This document shows positions 1 through 14,592 of a stretch of 64,000 bases of DNA, one piece after another. The position numbers were made by a program, and so were the translations under genes. Each line of letters opens with the position of its first letter. Position 1 is the stretch's first letter. The notes under the pieces are model-generated. The model did no database searches. It had not been told where the DNA came from and worked only from the letters and a program-made list of their open reading frames with translations. Source of the stretch: the human T2T-CHM13v2.0 reference genome, Homo sapiens; the NCBI RefSeq assembly GCF_009914755.1, contig NC_060928.1; one strand, 5' to 3'.

Positions 1-294
<294 letters not shown>

Positions 295-732
295 TCAGTA
301 TAGATTTTATTTTTTTAGGCACAGCAATAAAATAAGGCCCTGAGCTTATGTGCCTTTTGCTTTTTATCTTCCTTAACAGGATTTCTCAAACTTTCTCAAA
401 TCTGCTTATCCCTCCTTCCTTTCCCTTTTCTCACATAGCTTGCTACTTCTAATCTCCTGTAGGTGGAGAAATATTCAGGTAAATATTACATGTTAAATCA
501 TATTTACTAAGGTTCTCAGTGAGTGATCAGGAATGTAAATATAAGCTTTCATGCTAGAGTAACCCCTTTCCTGTTTATCCTGAAGTCTCAGTGATGATCT
601 TGAGATCTCCAAGACAGCAGAAAATAGGGCATTTCTCTCACCTAAACCTGCCAAGAGAGCATTTGTATTAACCTGTAATGGTTAAAGAAGGTCTCCTATC
701 TGTGCATTCTGAATAAATCCCCAAAATATTAG

Positions 733-1559
733 TGATGTGGACAGGAGGCATGGAAGTACTGGGTAGAAGAGGGCCGTCTCCAGTGAGGGCCACACTCTCA
801 AGCCTGGGAATGTGGCCCAAAGTGAGAACCTACATTATTATTTTCCTGTTCAAATGTTGCTTTTTGGCACCCCTCCACTCCCACCCCCTCATACCCATAA
901 ACACCCCAGGCTCCACTGGCAGAGGGGTGGCAGAGAAGCAGAGCAGCTGAGTGGCAGAGCAGAGCAGCAGAGAGGGAGAGAAGAGAAGCAGCTCGACGTC
1001 AGAGAGAAGCAGCTTGACTTCAGAGGGACGGCTTGATGGTGGGACTTCGGAGAATAGTTTGGCTAGCGATGGCCAAACTCCAGGGGAAGACCACCTCCCC
1101 ACTTCATCCCCTTTCTAGCTCCCCATCCCACTGAGAGCCACTTCTACGGCTCAATAAAATCCTCCACATTCATCACCCCTCCATTCATTCATGCAACCTG
1201 ATTCTTCCTAGATGCTGGACAAGAACTTGGGTACCAAGAGGGCAGCTGCAACAGATTGTCACCCTGACCCTCCACTGAGCTGTTAAACACTTAAGCCATC
1301 CATGGACAGCAAAGCTAAAAGAGTACACTGTAACACATGCCCTCTTGGGGCTTCAGGGGTCATGGATACCCCCCTAGATGCTGCCGTGGGGCCACACAGA
1401 GTTCTACTCCTGCCAGTGCCCAGAAGCACTCATCCTGGCTCCTGCACCCCCCCACCTGTGTGCTCCCCCTCCCATGAGGGGTTGAGAGCTATGGCCTGAG
1501 TAAATGAGGCAACCCCTTTGCAAGTCCCACAAAGGGGTGAAGGGAACTATCTCATTTTA
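733..1559 (+). mobile_element. Solo ERV1 LTR, MER50-like
   Basis: Starts tgatgtggacaggaggc...tactgggtagaagagggc and ends gggaactatctcatttta. 4-bp TSD ttag at 729-732 and 1560-1563. AATAAA at 1153-1158. Confidence 0.85.
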
Positions 1560-2006
1560 TTAGTATTCTAACTTGTAGGCCTGGGAGAAAACTGAAATCC
1601 CACTCTTATAAACATATTTTTAATTTATAATTTTGGACTGCCTCCTATGTTCTATTATTTTCCTCAGCCTGGTCAACTGCTCCATTTAGAAAGGAATGAA
1701 CAAAGTACACTCATTGGTGAGCCATTGGGTGAGGTGTGTTCAGAGCTCCTGCACCCTTGATCTAGGTGATGAAAGAAGCACTTTGTCAGAGAGACTGGCT
1801 TCCTAGGCCTTCCCTTTGCTGAGCAGGTAAATGGAAATATTAGAGAATGGCTGACAGAACAGAAACACTACTGGGAAGATCTTTCTTGGTGAGTAATGAA
1901 GCATGATTCTTTCTAAATGTCAAGGTTCCCCAAGCAGGTTGAACCAGAGCAAATGCTTTCAATGATCCTTTTCACATCCTGGCTTCTCTCCTTATAAAGA
2001 AAAAGT

Positions 2007-2026
2007 TATATATGTATGTGTGTGTG

Positions 2027-2082
<56 letters not shown>

Positions 2083-2110
2083 CGTATATATGTGTGTATA
2101 TATATATACT

Positions 2111-2144
<34 letters not shown>
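2007..2144. repeat. Compound (TA)/(TG)/(CA) microsatellite
   Basis: (TG)11 at 2041-2062 and (CA)15 at 2115-2144, with TA runs between. Confidence 0.97.
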
Positions 2145-2146
<2 letters not shown>

Positions 2147-5100
2147 GATTGCTAAGCAAAGTCAAAAGGAGGAAGATGTGAGGCACAGAGGACTCAGATG
2201 TATGAAGTATTAGTGGCAGAATTTCCAAAAGCTCAAAATAGCAACAGCACAGCCAGAGCCCTCCTGGCTCTGTAAATTCCAACTATCACAGAGAACTGAT
2301 TTTAGGAAACACATTTCTTTTCCCTCGCATCTCTCTGACTCAGGGGTACAAATATTCTCCTCCTCTGTTTACTCAGATATTAAAATGTTAATTTAAAAGT
2401 GGAGTGTCACACTGGTTTTGATATTAGTTTTTCTAAAGGAGAATCATGGTTTTTAATATCATTCCTTCCTTACATTGTAACTTTTTTGTTATTAATTGAT
2501 ATCGAGTGCTATAAGGTTCAAGGATTATCTAAAATTCCTCATTTTATTAATTTCATGTAGTATTTTTATCTGCTTGGTATTTAATTTTTAGATCTTATAT
2601 ATCTGCTCTGGCATTTTTTGCCATTAATGTAGAAGTAACTTGGCTCTGTTTTGTTTTAATGTGATCAGTTGCTATCTTTGATGCCTGAACAATCACCAAC
2701 TGGACTAAAAAATTGCATTTAGACACTGCTCCACACAGGCAACTGAAGGCAAAGCCCAAGCCTTACAAGCTCATCAATATGACTGATAGTGAAAAGAGCA
2801 AGTTAATGTGATACTTTCAACATGCGTCACTTATAAACAATAACTATTGCTTGATTAATTAAAAACATATAAACTAAAATTCTTTGCCATCCTATTTGGT
2901 GAACTATGTTTTGTATTTCCACAGATTTTGTCTTAGAATGAGTGATCTTATCTGTATTAAACATTTTTAAATACATGCTATGCATATCAAGTAATGATCT
3001 TTGAAGGTTTCAGACTATTTGGGCCCCTAGTAGTGGCATAAAATTATAACGGATAATTTCAGAGCCATCATTTTAGGGGGAAAAAAGGCCTTAGGCTTTT
3101 TAAGACATTATGAATCTATGTTTTTGACACAGAAGCTAAAATAATTGTATGCTTTACAGACTTCCCCACTAGGTTGGGCTCATTGAGAGTAATATTGGTA
3201 TCAGGAGTAGGAGCAGAGACATAGTCAAAATAAACACAAAATAAGTGGGGATCAGGAGGTGAACAAATAATTTTCTATCATTAGCTGGGGAAGTTCTTAG
3301 GGGACTTGTCAAGCCTAACCTACAGCTAGTCTTTAGGAAACTATGACCACCTTGGAAAATAGGAAAATTACTAAGTTGTTGTTTCAAAACATATTAGTCA
3401 CTAACAACTTTGTGTTTATAGTTGAGATTTCACAAATGAAATTACTTCCCTCAGCCATATGACATTGTTTACTCTCTATTGGCTTCTGGCTTTATCCTTG
3501 CTTCTCGTTATTCAACTTTGATCCTCTATCTTTGCCAAATTCCCAGTAGTCTGACTTTTTCCAGTATTATCTCAACCCTGTCCCAGCTCTCCAGCATCTG
3601 TGTTATTAGTTCACCCGTTCCTGGCTTCCTCACCATCTGACTTCTTGGCCTAGACTCCTGAACTCTGAACCTTGTATTCTTCCAAATGGCCTCCTTCCCC
3701 AAGAGGGAAGACACTCTTATTTCCTAGGGAGAAAATAAGTGTTTGGCTCTGGTCTTTGTTTTCCAGTTTCTTCTCTTCTGAGGGTCACCAGCTGAAATAC
3801 TTAGTGACTCACTCCTACCTGCATTTCTGTGCTGCCATGTTTTGGTCACACTGTCCACTGCGGTATGCATTAACTCTTTAGATCCTACATATTTCACACC
3901 AGTGTCATAAGAATTCTACACCCCTCTCTTCCATGAACAGGCTGTACTACACTCATGCATGATCTCAGTCAGCCAACGAATTAATGTTGGAGAGCCAGTT
4001 AAGCACTTACAGCTGTGTGGTAGGCATTTGGGGGCTCACAAGACAAATATTAATCTATCGATGTTGCTGGATTCAAGGGTACTTACTTTATTCTTGTTGA
4101 AACAAAAGTTAAATTTGTGTGAATGGACTGGCCTTTTTGTAAATAAACACATCCTGCACCACTCCAGCACATGAATAGAGAAAAGCTTCTAGAAGAAGTT
4201 CTCACAAAGGGACTACAATTTTGTCAGACTCTGACATTTTCTTAAAGTTGTCTTCTTGTCTATTACTTCTACCACTTTATCCTATGTCATGTTTCATTTT
4301 CTCCAGGCCAAAAATACAACAAAAATTCACTTCAGAACAGTACACATAGATTTTTAATCTCAAAATGTGTTATTAAATAGTAGGTAAAATAAAATGTTAA
4401 TGAACAACAACCACCACTCCTAGCATCTCACTGCCTAGTTTGTCAATGGCGGAATGGGAGAAAGGGCAGAGAGGTTTTAAGAATATGTACATGTCAAGGA
4501 GGTTGTAAGTAATGAATGAAATTGGCCCAAGGCCAATTCTTTTTTTTTTCTTTAATAGGCCCTAGTGAGAAAAGTAGAAATTTTCAATTCAAAGGATGCT
4601 AGGAAAAGGAAAAAAAAAAAAAAAAAAAAGACATAATCCAAGCTAAAATTCACATTGTAGAGCTACCTTTACCAAATAATCTTCTTAGGCTGGAACGTGT
4701 GTGCAGCCACCTTTACTAGTCTCTTCTCTCACTTCCTACCTGCCTTTTGGCCATGTGTTAGTCCTTGTTGATTTCTAGCTTTCTGGAATCTATCAATGTG
4801 AACAACATTCTCCTTCAAAGAACAGACAACTGGTAAAATCAAGCCTTTTCCTATGTTAAGTCTTCCTAGCATATCTCAGGTACATAGGGAACTTCACTTC
4901 AAATTGCCCTTCACAAGGTCTTGCCCAACTTTACAACTGATTTATATATAACAAGTATTAAATAGTGTAATACTTTATCACTTCCTGGATTAGGTTTTCA
5001 GTCCTAACTCTCCAAAAAACTTACCAAAAAGTTTTTTTTTTGGATGGGTCTAAAATTCACCACAAAAATATGCAATATACAGTGTTAATGTCTATTTATT

Positions 5101-6089
5101 GAAGTCTGCATATGCAGATAATGATGCTGGAATATTGTGAAAGGTAGTCTAGCCTTCATTGACATCCCTTTTATTAGCTATTCACAAAATCAGTAGCTAC
5201 TAAAGCATTTTCTTTTATAGGCTGCTTGATCATTATCCCCATCCTAGTCAGAAAATATCTTGGCCATAATGGTCTTCTACCTTCAAGGACTCAATCTCTA
5301 GCAACTGTTTCTAGGCTAACACTGAGAGTTTCAGAATAAAAGTAGGGGAGAAAACTGTCCCTTTCTCAGTTCATGGCAGGGACTAGACATCAGTTCTGCC
5401 TGCTTGCTCCTTACTCCTACAATTCACATACCCCTTGGTGGTTTACTCTTTCTTGGTCCTTTGACCACATGGGCCTAGCTGCTAAATCAACTTGTAAGGA
5501 TCTCCTGGGTGCTTTTTGTTTGCATGGACTTTGAGCTTCTTGCTGCTGCCTGCTGTTGGATGTTTACCTACTTGAATTTGGACTCACCTGCTACCCACCT
5601 TTCTTGTCCACGTGGAGACTGCTTCCTGCTCTGAAAGCCCTACTCCTTGATCTACTGTTACTCATGAGTGAAGAGAGTAAGTTGCTTTTCAGGAGACTAA
5701 ATGTCAGGATTGTTTGCCTGCAATTACTGTATCCTCTCCAAGAGAATCCTCATAAAATCCAGTCTCTTCCTAGTGTAGCTGCCTTGCTTCAGTTTTCTCT
5801 ATGGTGCTTCAACAGGTTCATCATGTCAATTTCAGTCTTTATATGCCTATTTCAAAAATCTTGAAATGAGGTTTACTTATTTTGGTATGAAAAGACTGAT
5901 TGCCATTCAATAACTCATTACTGATTGGGTCATTATTGGTAATAAGGAGTAGAGCTTAAGGGTTTTCTGAACAAACAAAACAAAACAAAAAACTAGAAAT
6001 AAAGTACAGTGTAGTTGATATCCATGACAGCCATTCCCCAATTGGGAGAAGCTTGATGGCTATTTCTAAATTAATTTGGAGAAGTTGGA

Positions 6090-6320
6090 AGAGAACATGG
6101 ACTAGAGGAAAAAACACTGCAGTGGGTGTTAGACAGATATAGATCCCCATCCCAGAACTGCTGCTCACTCCCTAAGAAACTTTGGGCATGTCGTTTAATA
6201 TAATATCTCTGAATTTCAGTTTCTTCCAAATTCCATACTATTAAGAATCAAGTGAGACAGTGTATATAAAGGGTGTAGCACAATACTTAGATCAAAGTAG
6301 GTCCTTAATAAATGCTAGTA
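6090..6320 (+). mobile_element. MIR SINE
   Basis: MIR core (ctttgggcatgtcgtttaat...tctctgaatttcagtttctt) and 3' end (aagtaggtccttaataaatgctag). Confidence 0.7.
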
Positions 6321-7060
6321 ACCCATGTTCTCTCCAATGAGATGCACCGTTCTTTACACCACCATTGTTTTACACACAGATTTTATTACATTAGCCTTTT
6401 AAACACTTCAGTATCTTGGAATGAAGTAAACTTCTTAGCAGGGCCACAATATCTGATTTTACCCATTAAGGTTCCTAAAACATGATGGTTTACATGTTCA
6501 TGAGAGTATTTCCTACTACCCGCCATGTACCTTTAGTTTTTCGGAAGAACACTTTTTGTCGTGTTGTCTCTATTGCCTATTTACAAGTTTAGAGTTGAAA
6601 GATTTTCCATGTAGATGGTAGCATAAGGTCACATAATAACTGAGCGAAATCTTGAGCAGCTGGTCCATTTTTCTGCTGGATGGATAAAAGTTGGGGGCTG
6701 TAAAAAGAAGGCCTTCACTAGATCTCAAAGGGAGGGCCTAAGAAGAATTCTCTGAACACACAGTCTACATTGTTTACTGGGATAGAGACTGCACTATCAA
6801 TGGCCTCAGTTCCCATGCAGTTCCTGTGTGGGAGTGGTAGACATGCTCCCTTAGTGCAGTTCTGGCCATCTCTAGATAATGACCCTGCCCAAGTCTATGT
6901 TTCGCTCTAGGTCTCACCCCTTTGTTTCTCATTCTCTCTTGTACCACATCCCCTTTATCTGCTGTATTTCTCCACATTGGAGAATTCTTTCCAGATCAGA
7001 ATTAAAAGCTATCTCTAAATCACAGTGATGGTTCCCCAGTCTATTGTCTACGCTTACTAG

Positions 7061-7403
<343 letters not shown>

Positions 7404-8989
7404 CTATGTTTACTAGACTTTCTATTACCATTGATGGTACGGTCTCCATCCCAGTAAACAATATATCCTGTCATTCAGAGTCACAGGCTTTTGAACCTAT
7501 TTTTTGGTGGTAGTTGTTTCGTTGTTTCCCCTGGACCATCCTCGACCTGACGCAAATGAACTCAAAGATTAAAGACACAGGAAGAATGGAACACGAGAAA
7601 AAAAGAATACCTTGGTTAATATTTTGAGGACAGTATCCCATCATGTAAGTATAATTCTATCACACAGAAATGTTCTAGGACCTATCCACCACGTGAACAA
7701 TATCTATATGTGAAAATATTGTTAGGAAAGTAGGACCAGCTGCTGCAGGGAACCACCAGGGGAGACGGCTTCCCATCATCCTATTCACATAACCACTAAG
7801 CAATGGAACCAAGGACTCCTACAGCTATGAGCTGGGCAGCCGAGAATCTGGAGCTACCTAGAGCACTGCAAATCTTCAGAGATCCTGCTCCATTCTGGGC
7901 TTGCTTCCTATCTTGTTTTCCTATTGTCTCTTGAGCTTTTCTTTGTTTTTAGAACCACTAGTAGCCCTTTCCTTTTAGCAAGGATTGATCTTCTTCCATG
8001 TTGACTGTGACTAAACAAAGTCTCTGCAGCTTTGGCCTGTATCTCCTGTCTCTGAAACTAACCCATAGCTTCTTTTTAAGAAAAAAAAAATGGGGACAGA
8101 CAAGGGAAAATCACTTTTCAGGTCTAATTCTGAAACTTGCCACTATTCGGTCTCAGGGAAGAATCTGTGTTTTAGTCTTAAATCATTGGAACTCACTTCT
8201 GAAATTAGACACTTGAGTTGAGAATTACATTCCTTTCCATTGCTCACACAAGGATTTAGGCATATAACAGACTGCACTGAGATGTGCCCTCATTTAGGAG
8301 AGAATATACAGTCAGTTTATATCAGGAAAGCCATCCTAGGCATTCTGTCCCAGAAGCCAGAGCAGGCATTCTGATGTGGAGACAGGGAGCCTCTGAGGGA
8401 GGCACAAAAAGGAGGAGAGGAGATAGGACAAGGCCTGTGTAAGAGGGAACTGCCATCCCTTTTCCTCTGTCCTCAGCAACCCTTGCCTAGCTCTACAAAT
8501 CCAACCGTGGGTTATTTCTGGACTATTGTTAAAACGGGGATGAGTGGTGGGGAGAAGATAAAATGGGAGAGTAGAGGAATTCCAGGGATGGGATGGGAAA
8601 TTCAATCACCATTTGGTTAGTTAAGTTGTGCATGAGTCATTTGTATATATATTAGGAACTACCTGGAAGATTGGACAGCATTTCGTTTTCTTGAATTAGG
8701 TAGAACTGATACCTGAGTGAACTTGCCAGCTTCCCAAAGAACATCTTCCTAATTTTTGTCTTTGAAATCTCTGTCTTTCTCAGCATTTTCCACAAGTGTT
8801 CATACTGACTGTGTTGACCACTTGGTGTTTATGTGATCAATGCTAGATTTGGTTCTATAATGTCTTTTCTGGAGCCTCATGAAGGTCAAGGTCTCAGAGA
8901 GCATTTAGAGAATGAAAGAAATGGTCATTTTCTATAAGTTAAGGTAGCAAGACTTTAAGGAAAATCTCCTAGGATTGAATGGTTGGAAT

Positions 8990-9075
8990 CAAGTATGTTC
9001 CATGCTTCAGGCACTGTGCTTCTCAGTTCACATGCAATAATTCATTCTATGTTCAGAATAATCCCATGAGGTAAC
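8990..9075 (-). mobile_element. MIR fragment
   Basis: caggcactgtgct...cacatgcaataattcattc...aatcccatgaggta. Confidence 0.5.
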
Positions 9076-9242
9076 ATCATGACACCAATGACTCCCAGCT
9101 ACAGAAGACACTTATGAAATGAATGGGGAGACAATGGGAGACATCTGAAAAGAAAATCTCTCGTGGGAAGAATGCCAATTAAACAGAACAATGAGACTGA
9201 ATTCATTATTAGAATACCTACAGAATACATGTAGAATAGGGC

Positions 9243-9373
9243 ATATATACAAATATGCATATATATACGTATGTGTATATATATGTGTATATATATACGT
9301 ATGTGTATATATGTGTATATATATGTATGTGTATATATATGTGTATATATATGTATGTGTATATATATATGTA

Positions 9374-9459
<86 letters not shown>
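9243..9459. repeat. Compound (TA/TG)n followed by (GA)n microsatellite
   Basis: Read directly; (GA)n runs from ~9416 to 9459. Confidence 0.97.
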
Positions 9460-9462
<3 letters not shown>

Positions 9463-12400
9463 CAGGGGGGTTCAGCCAGCAAGTGAAAAATATAATTTGA
9501 AGAAACTGGTGCCAAACAACCAAAAAATAAGAACAAAAGACAAATCATCAGTGCACAGCTATAGATCTTATGGAATAGGTGGGTCTGATTCCTGTTGGGA
9601 GTTTCTAGGAAGTTGATTAGCATTGATGACATTTTTGCAGGGTTTTATACCTGCCTCTTGGTCCCACCCTTTGCAACTCCATTAAGTGGAGCAGATTCTG
9701 GTATGTGTAGTTTTCTAGGACTCATGAAATCATAATGTTAATAGTAATATCCAAATTGTATTGTATATTGAACTATGAGATTTGAGCACTTCTGTTTTTA
9801 AACAATCCTCATTTTCTCCAAAGGATCTAAAATGCCTGGCAGTTTTATGAATATATTATAAAGTAATTGAACCTCTGTGCTTATAATATGCAAACATCAA
9901 TGTACACGTTATTCATGCCATAGCCCTTGTGTGCTGTGATATGAAGCGTGTGGTCAGGCAGGAAGGCAGTTGAAATCCTCTTAGAACATAAAAATATTGA
10001 AGGTTGCTAATGGAAGACTGATGAAAAGGGAAATTCACTGATTTTAATAATGTAATTTGCTGAGTATCACTATAGCAATTTTTAAAAGAAAGAAAAAGGT
10101 TTAAATCTCTAAATCTGTGCTAAAAGAGCCAAGGTTAGGATAAGGTTGTAGCATAGCTTGTTTATTAGCATTGTTAAAAATAATGATCAAGTTAATTAAA
10201 ATTGAATTATAGTGGAACCATCTAAACAGACTCATGACAGCCATTATAATGAGTTCTATTAAAGGCAGCAATAATGATTAAACTATTTTGAAACAAACTC
10301 AATAATTTTTATAAGAAATCAATAGTGCACATTTATCTCATGTCCCCATTAGTAAAACTAGTAGCAGAATATTTAGACTGTGGACTCTAAAAATTGCTGT
10401 GACCCTGACTGCTCTGCAGAGGATTCTGTAATGTATTAGTGTTGTGTATGCTATCAGAGAAGAGTTGTTGCAGCCAACTATAACCCACATCTGTCCTCCC
10501 TCCCTGCAGTACTCTTCCACTTTCAAAGCACAATGGCAACACTGCAGGAGAGGTGAGGCCCTAAAGCAGAGGTTTCACAGTCTTTTCCCACCTCTTGGGA
10601 ACTCTTTTAATGTCAAAATATTTAAAAGTCCTTTCACATGTAAGTAGTTGTATTTTTAGTATCCTATTGATGAATAAAAGATACATGACACAAAAACTGT
10701 GAATTCAGTATTAATTTACAATTTATTACTTACAACTTCTACATACATACAAAGGGCAATTTTAGTGAGTTTTTGTTCAGACCTACAATGTTTTGGTTCT
10801 CAGACAAACACAAAACTTCTGTGTTGTTCTTCCCTTTCCCTGTCACCCCAGGATAGTGGCATTGGTATAGGGAATTTGGAGGGGAAAAGCATAGGTCGCT
10901 TTTCACAAGGGATGTCTCCTTGGGAATGTCTACTTGGGCAAGTAGTTGAGAGACAAGAGAGTGGATTATTATGGTGTAGATGTCAACACATCTGACATCT
11001 ACCTGCTGTTTTCCATGAGAATGTTTTCTTATAACCTAATGCAAACTTTTATTTTATATTTGTATTTGCAATTGAAGTGCAATAAAATTAAACAAAGAAT
11101 CAAGCTTGATTTTAATTTTTTCCCCTGAATTCTGAGTATTGAGGTTTTATGTAGAGTAATTAAAAGGCATTTCATATAGTAAATAAATCTTTATTGAGCT
11201 CAGAAATGACCAATGATATTAGTAAACATCATTCAATGTGGATCACATATTGATCTTTTAATTGTAGCCTTTTAAATAAATAATTCATTTTTTATGTTAA
11301 AGTCTCATGACTGCTCAAAACCTACACAAAGTTCTGATAAACACCCATAAGTTGACTTGCTAAAGCTCATTAGCAGTATAAGAAGAAGTTATTACATAAA
11401 TCTGTCATAGCTTCCTAGGTTGTTACAAAGCTATGTGTTTATAGACTATTAGTTTACATTTGAGAACAGTGTGCTCACCTTGGAAAAGGCAATTTTCAGT
11501 GGGGAATCCCTGTAGTTATTAAATAAAAAATGCAACCATAGGCCACTAATCTACCTCGATGAACTGCAAATGCAAACTTTTACTATTAATGGGTTTATCT
11601 GTGTAGATTATACATAATGATAGTTCCTAGGAAATGTAACCAGTTCTTATAAAATCAACATGAGTGTAACACAGTTTAATTAACAATATACTCATATTAA
11701 CAATATTTAATTTTTGGCCTCTTGGACTTTATGTTTAGAGATTATTTTAAATAACCTGTGAATATGATAACCTTTTAAAAGAAACTGAACATAGACAAGG
11801 TTAAATTCAGATAAGCATGTTAGTTCTACAGTTGGCATTTTTCACTATAAAGAACAATTTTACTATCATTGTATTTTTCTTTACATGTAAAAATTAACAT
11901 AAATCCTTATTCTCAAAAATTTTAAATTAATAGATTCTTCATGTGCAAAATTTATTATTTAAGTAACCATTTGATTCTAAATATTTTTTAAAAATCCAAT
12001 GGGGCACTCTTTATGAGGGGTTAATAAATCAATTTATACATTATAAGGCACTTAATCTTAAATATTTGATTTATACAATTAATTTTATTAAGACCCAATG
12101 AAATTGAAGTGTTTACAACAATCACCCCCAAAAGCAAAGGAGAAGTAGAAAAAATAAACAACTTCTGAATCACTTTTAAGCCTACAAATTATATTTCTAT
12201 ATATCTTGTCACCTTTTGGCTGAAATAAGTGTGGCAATATAAGCAATTAAAGCTCAATGTTAAAATAAAAGATTTTTGTTGTTGTGTTAGGCTTTCTTAG
12301 TGGAATGCTCAATCCAGAAATTATTTTAATGTTTGTAAACTGATTTTCGGAAGATTTGATACTATCATTAGATTTCCGTCTTTACTTATAAAAGAGTGTT

Positions 12401-13467
12401 TTTTTCTTAATTGCACAGTTCAAAACCAGAGATTCTGTGCAATGGATGCCAAGAAAAACCTACATGGGAAATTTTCATATTAACTATGCCATTGTCTTCT
12501 GGTTTTTATAGCAATGTGTTGATAATTGAAACAACAAATGAGCAAAAATGTAAAATATGTCAAAATATCTTCACATACTGTTTAAAGTCTTAGCTGGAGT
12601 CTGTCTAAAATAATGATATAACATTACCGTATAAGAAGTAAGTCTTTTGTTTGCTGTGAAAATGATGCTAGTAACTTTCAGAGGCTAGATGTTAGCTAAG
12701 AATAAATGTTCATATTGCAACATCGTTTCTGCATTACCTTAGAGGAAAATGGAAAATTCACTTTAAATCTTTTTTGTTCACCCATTCTTAATGATTGAAT
12801 GTAAATTTCTTGAAAACACAGACAAATCTGAATTGACTTTGCATCTAGCGCTGGGCCTCACATTTAGGAGGTATTACACACTTTTGTGCCTGTGTAAGTG
12901 AGGCATCTCTGTATATGACAACCAGCTACTTTCCTGAATTTGCTAATTTCTCCCAATATGCTTCTGCTTTATGAAATTACCATTATTGGGCTTAACTACT
13001 TCCCCTATGTGCTTCTAATTCTTTGTGATAGTACTTGAGTATTGACAGAAGTTTAAAAAACCTTAAACAGGAATATGGGAGAACTTTACCTTAATAATGA
13101 ATGTGTATGAACTGGTTAAAGTCTAGGCTTTAGACTTTAAGCTCCAAGTCTCCAACTAGCAGGAATGATGGAAATCCCCATCCAATTAAGCTTTCTCTCA
13201 CAGAGTACTGAGTAGCTTATGTCTTCTCCCTGGAAGTCATCACAGATCTCAGTGCTGCTATCTGCTCCCTTACCTCATAGCCCTCACCTGCAGCAGGATT
13301 GAACCTGAAGGAACAGCTGGGATTGATCTTGCTGCTGATTGCTTCTACAGATGCTGGGCACTGCCATGCCCCAACCCAGTTCAGAGAAGCTTTCTCTATA
13401 ACACTATTAAAATTATTAGGTTACCCAAAAGGTGGTCTCATTCTCTGTCCTTTGATTTTTCAATCCC

Positions 13468-13617
13468 TTTTCTTTCTTTTCTTTTTTTTTAAGAAACAGG
13501 GTCTCACTCTGTCACCCAGGCTGGAGTGCAGTGGTACAATCATAGCTCACTGCAGCCTCAAACTCTTGCATTCCAGTGATCCTCCCACCTCAGCCTCCCA
13601 AGTAGTGGGGACTACAG
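13468..13617 (-). mobile_element. Alu right monomer (AluJ/FRAM)
   Basis: cagggtctcactctgtcacccaggctggagtgcagtgg...atcatagctcactgcagcctc with a T-rich tail. Confidence 0.9.
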
Positions 13618-14522
13618 CAACACTACACCGAGCCACAGTTCCCTTTCTTGAATTTGGAATTATTTTCCCCCAGTTTGAGTCAGAGAACATTTGAATGGAA
13701 TCATCTAATGTCCTATCCAAAAGGACTATTTTTCTTTAAAATGCATCAGTGTCTTAGGCTGAAGTTCAAGAGCCTCCATTTCCAACTCTTGGGACTACTA
13801 TTCCTCATGATCACCATTTAGAAGCCTCTTTTACTCACCTGTCTATTCTTGAGTAAAGTACACAAGGTTGAAGAAAGTCTTCCATTGAAGACATCAAGAC
13901 AAACTGCTCAGCATTTAGAAATGCTACCATTTGCCCTCCCCAGCCTGAGCCCCAGTTGAGTCTCATCTTACAATCCGGCCTAAGCTCTCCATTCTTGCAA
14001 AGTAAGCCTTCACAAAGCTTGCTTGCTCTCATTTTCAAACACAAACTCGGGAAAAGAAAAGAAAAGAAAAGGAGAGGACAATAATTTTGTAGTCCTATTT
14101 TATCTGCATAATAGCCCACATCTTGAACTTTCCTTTAACATTTATCTTCTTGGAATATCCTCCTAGTTTATTTTGAAAATCTTTCAAAAATTCCATTATT
14201 TTTATTGATTTTCCAGGAAGTTTATGTTTGGTCATTTTTCAAATATTAAGGAACTAGTTATCCCCAACACTACTTCTTACATAATCAGCCTCAGCCTATC
14301 TTTACTATGTCTTAAAAAACCAAGCTTATAATTTCAAAATTTTTATTTTAGTTTCCCTTCAAGATCTTAGTTTTAAGATTTTGAATACAACACTCAGTAT
14401 TGAGGGACTAATTTTCAAGTTCATGAATTATCCGAACCACTTACTATTCCACTTGCTGATACTCCCCTTGGCTTTTTGGCCAATTCACTGTCCATTAGCA
14501 CCTCTCACAGATGGTGAGCACG

Positions 14523-14592
14523 AAGAAAAAAACAGTTAATTTTGCTACTGGTTGGAATAAGAAGAAGAACAGTTAATTTTGCTATTGGTTAG
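14523..14592. repeat. Short tandem duplication (~39-bp period, 2 copies)
   Basis: aacagttaattttgctactggtt / aacagttaatttttgctattggtt. Confidence 0.75.

Noticed and set aside
9191-9616. Overlapping ORFs with YIYV/ERER repeats (also 1992-2282)
   Set aside because: Microsatellite translations
11500-11511. Isolated kB-like site ggggaatccc
   Set aside because: Single motif in AT-rich DNA without a supporting cluster
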